Source of the DNA: Octopus bimaculoides
Taxonomy: Eukaryota
DNA: 32,687 nt
Assembly (NCBI RefSeq): GCF_001194135.2
Contig: NC_068984.1
Span: forward strand, 82,902,566-82,935,252
Direction of reading: 5' to 3'
The translations under genes were made by a program, and so were the position numbers. The notes beneath the pieces were generated by a model. That model was not told the DNA's origin. It searched no databases and saw only the letters and a list, made by a program, of their open reading frames with translations. Position 1 is the stretch's first letter; every line of letters begins with the position of its first letter. Shown here piece after piece: positions 11,911 through 23,745 of the stretch.

Positions 11911-11963
11911 GTTGAGGAGGGTATTGGATTTAACCAAACCCAAGAGGATACAGGTAATACCGA
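11911..11963 (+). CDS. Candidate exon (LRRVLDLTKPKRIQVIP)
   Basis: Consensus donor CGA|gtaagt and alternative CAG|gtaata; weak acceptor tatataag; non-repetitive island. Confidence 0.22.
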
Positions 11964-12019
11964 GTAAGTGCTGTATACCGACTAGTTTTGCCCCAGTCGT
12001 TGTATGAACAGGACGTATA

Positions 12020-12056
<37 letters not shown>

Positions 12057-12196
12057 NNNNNNNNNNNNNNNNNNNNNNNNNNNNNNNNNNNNNNNNNNNN
12101 NNNNNNNNNNNNNNNNNNNNNNNNNNNNNNNNNNNNNNNNNNNNNNNNNNNNNNNNNNNNNNNNNNNNNNNNNNNNNNNNNNNNNNNNNNNNNNNN

Positions 12197-12393
12197 TTAT
12201 GTTGTTTCAGTCATTTGACTGCGCCCATGCTGGGTCACCGACTTGAAAGCTTAGTCGAATAAATCAACCCCATAGCTTATTTTTAAAAAAGTCTAGTACT
12301 TATTGTATCGGCCTCTTTTACCAAACTACTGACGTTCCGGGACGTAAACAAACCAACACCGGTTGTAGAACGGTGATGGGGACAAACAACACG

Positions 12394-12439
<46 letters not shown>

Positions 12440-12553
12440 ATAGGCTTCTTTCAATTTCCATCTACTAAATGCACTGACTGGCCCACTGTCACGCAGTGGG
12501 GCTGAACCCGAGACCACATAGGTGGAAAGCAAGTTTCTAAACTACATAGTCAC
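12197..12553 (-). mobile_element. SINE type E, copy 2 (internal (CA)n)
   Basis: Colinear with 3917-4407. Confidence 0.82.
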
Positions 12554-13239
12554 AAAATTACTGAAAAAGATAAGAAAATAATGTTTATAAGAAAAAAGAT
12601 CTGTAGTTTCAAAACAGAGAATTATGAAAATATTTTGGTTTGTTTTCCTAACTTACTTCATATATTTCCTAACTCTCTTTCAAAGTATAATTGCTATAAA
12701 CAGTTTTGTTGTGAAAATTAAAATGAGACTGACTGGCAGAAATGACAAGGAAGCAAATTTGAGTTTCCTGATAGAAAAGGTATATAAGTTGATAAGAGTG
12801 AGGATTTGAGCCAAAATGGTGTTCAAAATGAAAAGTAGAAGCAACATTTTATAAAATATATTTAAACTACAATTGTAAATATTTTGCTATAATTTTATTT
12901 TGATCCAGTAATTTTGGCCACATATGCAGATACGCATATCTTGTGATCATTATATATAAAGTTACAAGACTTAATTATAGAAACACACACAAACAGACGT
13001 GTGTTTTTATGTGTGTATGTGTTCACGTTCGTGTGTGTGTAACAGCAAAACAACAGATTCCAGAGAGAATTAAAGTAGTGATGCTGTTTGTTTTTGTATT
13101 AGTTAAAATAGATTTAATGTGTTTTATATGCATGCATACATGTAACTACTGTAGTTAATATGCATCGCCAATGAATATGTTGATATGCAAATGAACAAAA
13201 ACTACCCGCGTAGTTTTTGTTCATTTATAAATAGCTATA

Positions 13240-13242
<3 letters not shown>

Positions 13243-13302
<60 letters not shown>

Positions 13303-13305
13303 ATA

Positions 13306-13345
<40 letters not shown>
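13243..13345. repeat. (CT)n and (TG)n microsatellites
   Basis: Visible directly. Confidence 0.97.
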
Positions 13346-13654
13346 CGTCTGCCTCTGTATTCTATCCCTGGCGGTATTATCCAAGGTCTCCTTTCTTTTT
13401 TAAGACGTTAGAGCGAGCGTGTGTGGTAAATTTTAGCTTCTATGTCTAGCATAGCAGACTGAGAGACCCTAATTGAAGCTATCTATAAAAATTAGTTCAT
13501 ATTTGCAGACAAAAAGGAAATTCGTGCGAAACAGCAAAGATATCTAAAATAGTTTACACGTTACAATCATAAATTCTTTTGAAACCATAAGTGAACCCAA
13601 ATCTCCACAACAAAAGTACAGCTAGGATCAATGGACATCACGCAAACGGCCTTG

Positions 13655-13860
13655 CTGGATGGAGAGAAACGAGAGGGATTATGTGAGCGGAAGGATAACT
13701 AATGTGGGTCTCTTCTGCTTTGGGGCTGTCGCTCGGGATGGACGTGGTGGCCATGCGAATTGAGGTACTTTGCTATTTTTTCTAAAGCATTCGGTTCGTA
13801 AGGTAGTGTAAAGTGCGCAAAGATTGTATTAAAGATGATGTCTTGGAAGAAATCACCTTT
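13655..13860 (+). mobile_element. Possible Tc1-like transposase remnant
   Basis: Frameshifted WMERNER, GSLLLWGC and AQR..IKDDVLEE resemble Tc1 WRR..ERY..GGGSVMVWG..AQRY..IL. No terminal inverted repeats recognised. Confidence 0.35.
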
Positions 13861-14266
13861 GAAAACTATATTCTTTGTTATATCCTCGTCACTTCTACGC
13901 TGAGAATTGTTATCTATTTTTTAAAAAACTTTACGCCGATTACTTAACAATCTCAACTATGGTACAATTATATTTATCAATCATCAACAAATCTTAATGC
14001 GTTATACTACATCTTTCTAAACATAACAGAGAAATGTGCATGTATCTGGACTTGAACACATAGTTCCAGTAAACGATATATAGTGGTTGCTCCATTCAGC
14101 TGTGGATTCTGAAAAAGTATAGCAGTTAATATATGTGTCACAATTTAAAACATTTATTTATTAGTCGATTGTCTTACGAATCATGTACATAGTATAAATT
14201 TTATATTTGTAACAGATTATATTTTTGATTTAGTTCCGAATTATATAAATGTTCTATGTTTAATAG

Positions 14267-14540
14267 GTGTGCGGGCATGTGGCCTAGTGGCTAGAGTGTT
14301 GCACTTACGAAAGCAAAACGTGGTTTCGATTTCCACACTGGCTGTGCGATGAGCAAAACACTTCATTTCACATTGCTCCAGTCCAGTTTGCTGAAAACCT
14401 TGCGACGGACTGGTGTCCCGTTCAAGGAGAATGTTGGCCTACTACCAAGCCAGCAGGGTGGCATCGTTCGGAAGCTACAATAATGCGAGGAGGCGCATTG
14501 TGACCAGCGCTGTATAACAATATCTGATAATATCTGATCG
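14267..14540 (+). mobile_element. Degenerate tRNA-SINE related to type B, with a different tail
   Basis: TGGCCTAGTGG, GTTTCGATTTCC, TGAGCAAAACACTTCATTTCAC and GCGACGGACTGGTGTCCCG shared with 7044-7302; downstream sequence unrelated. Confidence 0.75.
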
Positions 14541-14640
14541 ATATATGATAGATTACGCTTTCGATTTAGTTTCATGATTAAAATGATACTTATATAGACT
14601 TAATATAATATAATCTATACTTAAATAGACTTAATATAAT

Positions 14641-14830
14641 CCTTTCTACTATAGGCACAAGGCCTGAAATTTTGGGGGAAAGGACTAGTCGATTACTCAA
14701 CTGGTACTTATTTTATCGACCCCGAAAGACAAAGTCGACCTCGACGGAATTTGAATTCATAACGTAAAGACGGACGAAATGCTGCTAGGCATTTTGCCCG
14801 ACGTGCTAACGATTCTGTCAGCTCGTCGCC
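14641..14830 (-). mobile_element. tRNA-derived SINE, type D
   Basis: Minus strand GGCGACGAGCTGACAGAATCGTTAGC head, GTCGATAAAATAAGTACCAG core and CCTTGTGCCTATAGTAGAAAGG tail. Multiple copies in the window. Confidence 0.85.
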
Positions 14831-15080
14831 TTACGCTGTAATATAATATAATATTATATATCTGTGAATTTGTATACTTGCTTATTTATGAATTTGCGAA
14901 ATTAAAGATTCGTTGTTTTTCTCGGCTCTGCAAGTTGCTCATGATAAATTTTCTCCACACTTGTTAAATATAGCAACATCACCCTGAAATTACATGCATC
15001 CTACGATGTGGTTAGAACTGGAGCGCTTTTGATTTTAGGTTTATTTCATCATAGCAAACGCGCAGCTATTTTACAGCGTT

Positions 15081-15114
<34 letters not shown>

Positions 15115-15889
15115 ACAACAGCAGCAGCAGCAGCAGCAACGACAACAACGATAAACATCACGGCTAAATTGTCTCGTTAAAACACCAGCTTTCATCACAC
15201 TGGAAGGAAGGACCATATAAAAGCAATTTCAGCTACTCGCACAGACGCAGACTTATTAACTGGACATAAAATATTTTCTATGTAGACAGAAAAGCAATCT
15301 CATATTGAACAAACAGAGACACAAAACAATTCAGGAATTTGAATGTATGGAACAGTACGGCAATAGTTACTGAGTCGTTCAATAATAACGCTGTAAACTA
15401 TGATAAATGCAGATTTGTCCAATTTAACATCATTCATTATTTATTTCTCAATAAGACAGGAATTACTTCTAAAAGCCACCAAAATTCGTTAAAACATTCA
15501 TAAACATTGCACAAGATGACCTGCAGATCATCATGTAAACTATAGAATATCTCCTATATATTTCTTTATTTGCTTGTTTATTTAATGAAGATGATAGAAC
15601 AGTCGTGTTTGATGTTATCTTGGTCGGTTCGATGGCGCCAGTTTATGAATTAGTAGATCGCTTGTTGCTTAACACATTAGAAACATCGCTTTATAGTATT
15701 AGTGTGAGTTTGTATAGCAATAGTTAAGTTAGTGTTAGCAGGTTTAATGTAACAGTACACATTATAAAGAAAATTAGAAGAAATTATGAGATGATGAAAA
15801 TAAATCAATATTATTCATTGCCTAATATCTTGGCAAGTACGGGACAACTCCAGGTATGTTGCTTGTTACAACCTCATCAGCAAAGTACA

Positions 15890-16310
15890 GACTCTATTGC
15901 ACTCAAGTAAAGATGGTACAGCGATTAAGTAAATGTACAGGATTGCACAGTGGTTGATGCTGAAAGTTAAAATTGCTTTGAGAATGAATAAATAACCTAG
16001 ACACACCATCCAAATGAAAAATAATAGTTGAATTAGTGTTAACATATTTAATGCAAAGAGCGTAACAGACTTGAAATTTCGGACAGTGGAAATGAACGTA
16101 TAGTCGACACCTTCTGAAAAGGAAGCAGAACATTCTACAAATTCAGCAAATTTGTCTTGATGATGACAGTTGAAGCAAAATTGACAACGATAAACTTCCT
16201 GAACGACAAACTTCACTTAGCTTCGAAATTATACGAACCTTTCAGGAAATGAAACAGTAACACATCTAAGATTGATATAAATAGATCTACTCACCCAAAC
16301 TATTAAAAAT
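15890..16310 (+). mobile_element. Penelope-like reverse transcriptase remnant
   Basis: From 16163: MTVEAKLTTINFLNDKLHLASKLYEPFRK*NSNTSKIDINRSTHP, matching the Penelope pattern ITIEANL..VNFLDVTL.L....Y.PYRKPN...YI...SNHP. A degenerate RDDG-like motif lies near 15905. Confidence 0.6.
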
Positions 16311-16899
16311 ACAGACATAATGACATTAGCAAATGTACTTTATCCTCTGCCAAAGATATCTAACTGGGTCGCAGAGTTATACAATGAGACTCCATCACAC
16401 AGTTACTATAATGAATGTAGGAATGGTTTTGGTGCTAAGAAGATCTATTTACAACTGTGTGGTTATGAATCGAACTTCTTATCGAACTTCAGTCGTGTTT
16501 CAATTATAAATCGAATTTCAATCTTACTATGCTTCGTGATGATCATGTATCTTCTACTGTAGCATTGAGTCGACCAAAGCATCGCGAGTAAAATTTGAAG
16601 GACAAAATTTGCCCGAAAACCTGTCAGAGGAACGGTTTCTGCTTTTTGATGATAGACTTAATCTCTTAAACAGTTTAAAACCACTAAGTAGCCCTTGGTT
16701 TTTGTGTCTTCGTTGCAAGCATTCAGAGTAGATCTCCTGTCAAAGAATAACCCCCTTCTGCTAATTTCGTAAGCTCTGAAAAATAGATGTGAATGCTGCT
16801 TCCCTTCTTTCTCTGGTCAAGCCATTAAAGAACTGGAAAAATTATATATTCAACGGTAACAACAAAAAAATCTCCTTTAAAACTAGTTACTGGAATATA

Positions 16900-18070
16900 A
16901 TATGACACAACTCACTATATAACATCGATATTAAAAATGAATGGCGAGGAAAATGTCTTCTTTATCAACTCAAATTCCATCCGTTAATGTAAACTTCAAT
17001 TGCATCGAAAAGACAGTGCAAGGGTCACAGTACAAAAGTATGGCTAACATACTAACTACTAAAAGGATCGACATGCACTTTCAGATCTGTGGAATGGAAA
17101 TATCTTAAGAAATATATACTGTATACTATACGGTTCGGATCCCAGCTCAAAAAGACACCTCGAGGGAGCCTCTGCATGGTTGTTCGATTTGCAACCACAT
17201 TTCCATCAAATGATATTTTACCATCTTTAAGAAAGAGACGTATTAAATAATGTGAACTTAGGCACAGTGTATAAAAAAAAATCAGAATTGATTCGGGGTT
17301 AAACATCAACAGCAGCAACATTGTACTTGCAATATGCTCAGAGTAGTCGTTCAAACGTTGCCTCTCGAAAGAGTTCATAGAACTATCACTCTTTGCAAAA
17401 CTGAACATTAGTCGTGAACTTGCTAGCACTCCATCGCTTACGACGTCGAGGGTTCCAGTTGATCCGATCAACGGAACACCCTGTTCGTGAAATTAACGTG
17501 CAAGTGGCTGAGTACTCTACAGACACGTGTACCCTTAATGTAGTTCTCGGGGATATTCAGCGTGACACAGTGTGACAAGGCTGACCCTTTGAATTACAGG
17601 CACAACAGAAACAGGAAGTAAGAGTGAAAGTTGTGGTGGAAGAGTACAGCAGGGTTCGCCATCATCTCCTGCCGGAGCCTCGTGAAGCTTTAGGTGTTTT
17701 CGCTCAATAAACCCTCACAACGCCCGGTTTGAGAATCGAAACCACGATCCTACGACTGCGAGTCCGCTGCCCTAACCACTGGGCCATCGCGCCTCCACAG
17801 TCGTGAACTATATATGAAGATTTCGTATATTACATAGGAGATTATCGCAGGAAGTAGAGAGAACAGTGTTTAAGAAATAAGTCAAAATAATAAAAGCAAA
17901 ATCTTGTTAAAAAAACAAAAAACTCGCTCAACGCTGATTTCTTGCTGGCTATAGAATTATCGTCAGACTGCTGGTATTCTATGAAGTACTGAGCCAGGCT
18001 ATCGACCGAGTCCAGCGGGAAAATAATTTCGCTACTATCTTTTGCTTTGACGATTAGGAAAGAGTCCAAT
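16900..18070 (-). mobile_element. Probable Jockey/CR1-like RT remnant, interrupted by SINE A copy 2
   Basis: QRLNDY..LLLL, LIRLFLKDGKISFDGN..QRLPRGVFL..IVYSIY and DAIEVYINGWNLS follow the order of non-LTR RT motifs, heavily decayed. Confidence 0.42.
17421..17798 (-). mobile_element. SINE type A, copy 2
   Basis: Reverse complement of 3323-3706. 11-bp TSD AGTCGTGAACT at 17410-17420 and 17799-17809. Confidence 0.93.
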
Positions 18071-19226
18071 CTAATTGTTGTTCTAGGAGACGAAATATTG
18101 TGAAGGGTGACGCTAAGATGGGAGAAAGGTAGATGAGAGTGAACGATTTGACATGGGTTGATATGGTAGCATTTCAGAAGTTGCAGCAGTGACAGAATTT
18201 TCCCGGAGGTTGTGTATGTAGGATTTTAGTTTGATCTGAACTTTTCTGTCTTTCTCTCTTAGAAAGAAACGACAAAATTCTCTTTACTTTCGTATTCCGA
18301 CAAACGCACACACGCGCTCAAGCATACACATACTCATACATACGTGCATGTATATATATATATATATANNNNNNNNNNNNNNNNNNNNNNNNNNNNNNNN
18401 NNNNNNNNNNNNNNNNNNNNNNNNNNNNNNNNNNNNNNNNNNNNNNNNNNNNNNNNNNNNNNNNNNNNNNNNNNNNNNNNNNNNNNNNNNNNNNNNNNNN
18501 NNNNNNNNNNNNNNNNNNNNNNNNNNNNNNNNNNNNNNNNNNNNNNNNNNNNNNNNNNNNNNNNNNNNNNNNNNNNNNNNNNNNNNNNNNNNNNNNNNNN
18601 NNNNNNNNNNNNNNNNNNNNNNNNNNNNNNNNNNNNNNNNNNNNNNNNNNNNNNNNNNNNNNNNNNNNNNNNNNNNNNNNNNNNNNNNNNNNNNNNNNNN
18701 NNNNNNNNNNNNNNNNNNNNNNNNNNNNNNNNNNNNNNNNNNNNNNNNNNNNNNNNNNNNNNNNNNNNNNNNNNNNNNNNNNNNNNNNNNNNNNNNNNNN
18801 NNNNNNNNNNNNNNNNNNNNNNNNNNNNNNNNNNNNNNNNNNNNNNNNNNNNNNNNNNNNNNNNNNNNNNNTAAGAGCATTAGACCCCTTTGTAAGAAAG
18901 CTAGTGAATGTGTACGGCAACAAAGACAAAAAAAAAAAAATAAAGAAACACAAAAAAAAAACGGAGAACATGGTACACAATTACGAATACAAACGACGGT
19001 CGGCAGTCAGGCCAAGAAAGAAAGATCATGGCTGGCCGGACACCGGTCATGTGGAAGGAGGAGAGATGGGTCGGGGGCAGCGGGATTAGAAAAAATCAGA
19101 GACAAAGAGAAAGGTACAGGGGAAATAAACGAGCGGGAAATAGTGGGAGTTAATGAAAGAGAGGGCCAAGAAATGTGAGAGAGGGGGAGCGAGAAAAAGG
19201 AAGAAAAATGAGACGGGGAATAAAAG

Positions 19227-19258
<32 letters not shown>

Positions 19259-19264
19259 ATATAA

Positions 19265-19403
19265 ATATGACGGGCTTCTTTCAGTTTCTGTCTACCAAAT
19301 GCACTCCCTAGGCTTTGGTCTGCCTGGGTCTACTGTGGAAGACATTTGCCCAAGACACCACGGAAGCGAGCTTCTGACCACACAGCTACGCCGCTCGTGC
19401 CTT
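19265..19403 (-). mobile_element. SINE type E, 5' half (copy 3)
   Basis: GACGGGCTTCTTTCAGTTTCTGTCTACCAAAT..TTGCCCAAG matches the other copies; adjoins (TA)n. Confidence 0.75.
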
Positions 19404-20098
19404 TATGTGTGTATGCGTGTGTGTGTGTGTTAGAACATCCAGCTTAACTTGGGTGTGTTGTTTTGTAGACTTCAGTATTCGTTCTGAGAAATCATCTCCT
19501 GTAACTGTTGGAAGCTAAAAAGTACAGGTTATATCGGGTGAAGAAATTTCTTCAGTACCGGCAGGTAGGATTTTTGCATCACGTGATTTTATCATAAACT
19601 GTGAATCGCCGGCAACAGGTGCCCAAACACTGAATACCAGATGAAAATATCAGTCAAACAAATATGGGTTAACAGGGACTAAACAGTCAGTGGTGTCACA
19701 AAACTCTGGCGGGCTGAATATAAATTAGTTATGAGCAACGGAAGCAGCCTTTGTAACGAATATTAATTAGCGCATGCAACTTAGCTTGGATGAGTTCCTT
19801 TCAACGCCGTAGACTGCGGTAATCATCGTGAGAAATCCTCTCATGTGTGCGTGTATGTATGTGTGTAGGGGAAGGGGGTGCACGCGCATGCGTGCTTGTA
19901 TGCTTTGTATGTATTTATACGTATGCTTTTATGTATTTATACGTAGACTGTCCAAATATATACAGTGTATCATGTTGATTTATCTCGGTATTCCATTTTA
20001 TCCTTTTTAACCCGCCCGCGCAGTACAGTGTACATGAGTCTGACCACTGGTCACTACGGTTTCGTTGAACTGTATTCTATTAAATTCTTTTTAATTTC

Positions 20099-20226
20099 AG
20101 GACAAAGCAAACAGTTTTAAGGGGAAGAGGAAGTCGACTGCATCGACTTCAGCGCTCAACTGATACTTATTTTATCAACGTTGGAACGGATGAAAGTCAA
20201 AGTCGACCTCGGCCTCATTTGAACGA
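20099..20226 (-). mobile_element. SINE type D, partial
   Basis: CTCAACTGATACTTATTTTATC..AAAGTCGACCTCGG core. Confidence 0.7.
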
Positions 20227-20329
20227 ATATAGCTTCAAATTTCGGCATAAGGCCAGCAATTAAAATAAATATGAGTACAGCACTGTGGTCGATGTAATCT
20301 ACTTCCACCCTTCCCCGCAACTGCTGGCC

Positions 20330-20416
20330 GGCGAACTGGCAGAATCGTTAGCATGCTGGGCAAAAATGCTTAGCGGCATTTCGTCCGCCTTTACGTTCTG
20401 AGTTCAAATTCCACCG
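20330..20416 (+). mobile_element. SINE type D head, cut by an assembly gap
   Basis: TGGCAGAATCG A box and GAGTTCAAATTCC B box. Confidence 0.8.
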
Positions 20417-21093
20417 NNNNNNNNNNNNNNNNNNNNNNNNNNNNNNNNNNNNNNNNNNNNNNNNNNNNNNNNNNNNNNNNNNNNNNNNNNNNNNNNNNNN
20501 NNNNNNNNNNNNNNNNNNNNNNNNNNNNNNNNNNNNNNNNNNNNNNNNNNNNNNNNNNNNNNNNNNNNNNNNNNNNNNNNNNNNNNNNNNNNNNNNNNNN
20601 NNNNNNNNNNNNNNNNNNNNNNNNNNNNNNNNNNNNNNNNNNNNNNNNNNNNNNNNNNNNNNNNNNNNNNNNNNNNNNNNNNNNNNNNNNNNNNNNNNNN
20701 NNNNNNNNNNNNNNNNNNNNNNNNNNNNNNNNNNNNNNNNNNNNNNNNNNNNNNNNNNNNNNNNNNNNNNNNNNNNNNNNNNNNNNNNNNNNNNNNNNNN
20801 NNNNNNNNNNNNNNNNNNNNNNNNNNNNNNNNNNNNNNNNNNNNNNNNNNNNNNNNNNNNNNNNNNNNNNNNNNNNNNNNNNNNNNNNNNNNNNNNNNNN
20901 NNNNNNNNNNNNNNNNNNNNNNNNNNNNNNNNNNNNNNNNNNNNNNNNNNNNNNNNNNNNNNNNNNNNNNNNNNNNNNNNNNNNNNNNNNNNNNNNNNNN
21001 NACATAATCAACCAAACACCTCCTCACTAATTACTGGCTTTATGCCTCTGATAAGCCGTTATTAGTAATTTTAGTAGGAAGGCAGAATCAATG

Positions 21094-21133
<40 letters not shown>

Positions 21134-21200
21134 CGGTGGTGAAGGTGAGGAATTTTCAGACCGGAACAAAATGGCTTACGATTGTTATTTACAGCTTTAA

Positions 21201-21420
21201 GGAGGTGAGCTGGCAGAATCGTTAGCATGCTGGGCAAAAATGCTTAGCGGCATTTCGTCCGCCTTTACGTTCTGAGTTCAAATTCCACCGAAGTCACCTT
21301 TGTTTTCCATCCTTTCAAGGTCGATAAAATAAATACCAGTCGTGTACTGAGGTCGAAGTAATCGACTTACACCCTCCCCCAAAATTTCAGGCCTTGTGCC
21401 TGTCGTAAAAAGGATATTTA
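21201..21420 (+). mobile_element. SINE type D, near full length
   Basis: A and B boxes, CCATCCTTTCAAGGTCGATAAAATAAATACCAG core and AGGCCTTGTGCCT tail. Confidence 0.87.
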
Positions 21421-21534
21421 TTTACGTCTCAGCAGAGATCTGACCCTACTTTCGACCCTCTGCTGTGTGTGTGTGTGTGTGTGTGCATGAGTGTGTGCGT
21501 GCGCACGTGTTCTGTGAGGAGGGTAGGTAAAAAT

Positions 21535-21912
21535 TGGCGCAGGCATAACGGTGGTTTCAGGTTCTATCCCAATGCATGATACTGTAGGTAAGTTTTCTCC
21601 TTATAGCTCGAAGCCGGCCAATGCCTTGTTAGTGAGTTTGTAGGCGGAAACTGTATAGAAGCCCGTCATATATGTGTGTGTGCGTGTGTGTGTGTGTGTG
21701 TGTGAATGAGTGAGTGCATGTCTGTTTGCCACTCCTCCACCTCCACCACTTAACAACTGATGTTGGTTTGTTTACGTTCCCGTGACTTAGCGGTTTGGCT
21801 AATAACCGATGGAGCAAGTATCTGATTTTTTTAAAAGAATAAGTACGGGATTCGATTTGCTCAACTAAACCTTTCAAGGCAGTGTCCTATGATTGAAACA
21901 AGTAAAAGATAA
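21535..21912 (+). mobile_element. SINE type E, degenerate (copy 4, internal (TG)n)
   Basis: GGAAACTGTATAGAAGCCCGTC-(TG)n-GTTGGTTTGTTTACGTTCCCGTGACTTAGCGG is colinear with the other copies. Confidence 0.72.
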
Positions 21913-21998
21913 AAGAAAAAATACCAGTCTAGCACTCCAGTAGGATTTAATCGTTTAAAATAAAACCCCACCCCTCAAATGGGTAGTCTTGTGCCTGT

Positions 21999-22033
<35 letters not shown>

Positions 22034-22039
22034 ATCACT

Positions 22040-22160
22040 CGTCCAATTAGATTTCCCCTGTGACAAGCCGAGTTAGCGTCACGAGGAGTGCGGCCGGCGC
22101 AATGGTGACGTCATATGAGGACGCTACGTCATCTTCCCGAAATAGAATCTCTCGATCGCA
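22040..22160. promoter_or_regulatory. CpG-rich patch with a full CRE, two half-CREs and a CCAAT motif
   Basis: CCAAT 22043-22047, CGTCA 22077-22081, TGACGTCA 22106-22113 and CGTCA 22127-22131, in otherwise CpG-poor DNA. Function is inferred. Confidence 0.35.
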
Positions 22161-22179
22161 GTGTGGTTGCAGAACTTAC

Positions 22180-22210
<31 letters not shown>

Positions 22211-22859
22211 CGTGTGTGTGTGTGTGTGTGTGTATGTGTGCATATACATACATACATACATACATACATATACATAGTTATAAAGCGATTATTTCACAGC
22301 ATGCTCGTCTAGCGTGTTATAACATAAGGAGTTGTTTTGATCCTCCCCTCCTTCTTCTTATCTCCTCCTCCTCCTCCTCCTCCTCCTTTCCTCCTGGTTT
22401 TGATTCTTGTGATTGTAGTGCTGGAAGTTGGATGTAGTGTTATCGGTTGTAATTGTTGCTATTGTAGCTTAGCCCCAAGTTATAATCAAACTCGTTCCAG
22501 CACGAGATAATACCGTCTTGTGTAAAGGAATCTACGAACACATCATCAAACGTGTTCTCCCGTTTTGGGGTGAGATTTGTGGGAGAGTTAGCTGGAAGGG
22601 GGGGGGGTCCTAGCATATCAAGGGACCAAATAAAGGGTCAGAGTAGATTGAACAGGATTATAATGAGAAAGCGTTCCATTCAGTACCATCCTGTCTTTTT
22701 AAGGACATCTAGGAAAAAAACACTGTCCAGCATGTTCTCTTTTCGAGTCGGTTGAGTTGGATTTCAGAGAGGTTTGATTGCTATTTCTAGCAGGTCGAGT
22801 GACCACGTAAAGTGTCTTTCGTTGGTAGTAAGCGGTGTTACGGTAGTAGCGATGGTAAT

Positions 22860-23469
22860 CGCGATCGTGTTGATATAGTCATGAGAGCGGGAGTAGGGTG
22901 ATGTGCTAGTAATCGCGATTGTTATGGTGGTAGCAGTGTTGATATTTGTGACAATGAAGGCAATGACGACGATGTTGATAAAGATGACGATGATGATGAT
23001 GATGATGATAAGTATGATGATGATGATGATAGTAATTTTGCACGTGGTAATAGTGTCGGCTGCGGATACAGAGGTAAAAAATGGTGGTGGTGATGGTGGT
23101 GGCGATGTTATTAGTAGTAATGGGTGACGGCGGCGATGACGTTGGTGGAAGTGTTGTGGCGGTAAGAGGGAATATTGTTGACGGTATTGGTGGCGGGGGT
23201 GAAGGTAGTGGTTGAGGTTGTGGTAGTGTGTGTGTGTGTGTGTGGGGTGGTGATATTTTTATTAGTGGTGGTGATGGTGCAGGTGATGTTATTGGTAGCC
23301 ATGATGGGGGGGNNNNNNNNNNNNNNNATGTGTGTGTATGTGTGGTTTTGTGTATGAAGTACTGTTTAGTAGTGGTGTAGATGTTGCCGATGATAGTGAT
23401 CGTGGCGGTGGTGACTTTGGAGATGTTGAGGCTAATAAACTATGATAGTCTTGTAAGTAATGGTAATGA

Positions 23470-23507
<38 letters not shown>

Positions 23508-23745
23508 ATAATGGCGGTAATAGAAATAATTGTGATAGTAGCAGCAGTCATGTGGTGGTGATGGTGGTGATGCAAATGGTGGTGGTGGTGGCGATGCGAA
23601 TGGTGATGGTGGTGGTGGTGTTGGTTATAGTGATGCTGAAATGGTAGTAAATACATTAAGCTTAGTTTAAGGTGTTAGTAATACTTCTTTCTAATGGTGT
23701 GCTGCTGCTGATGTTGTTGTTGCTGTTGGTGGTGATGTTGGTGTT
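22860..23745. repeat. Low-complexity (GAT)/(GGT)/(TAG) trinucleotide mosaic
   Basis: Visible directly; source of the poly-M/V/S/H pseudo-ORFs. Confidence 0.9.

Noticed and set aside
12655-12770. Minus-strand exon-like segment with CAG|G acceptor and GAA|GTAAGT donor
   Set aside because: Stop codons occur in all three frames between these sites.
15080-15153. Mixed CAA/CAG run resembling polyglutamine coding sequence
   Set aside because: In-frame TAA immediately before and after; no splice context.
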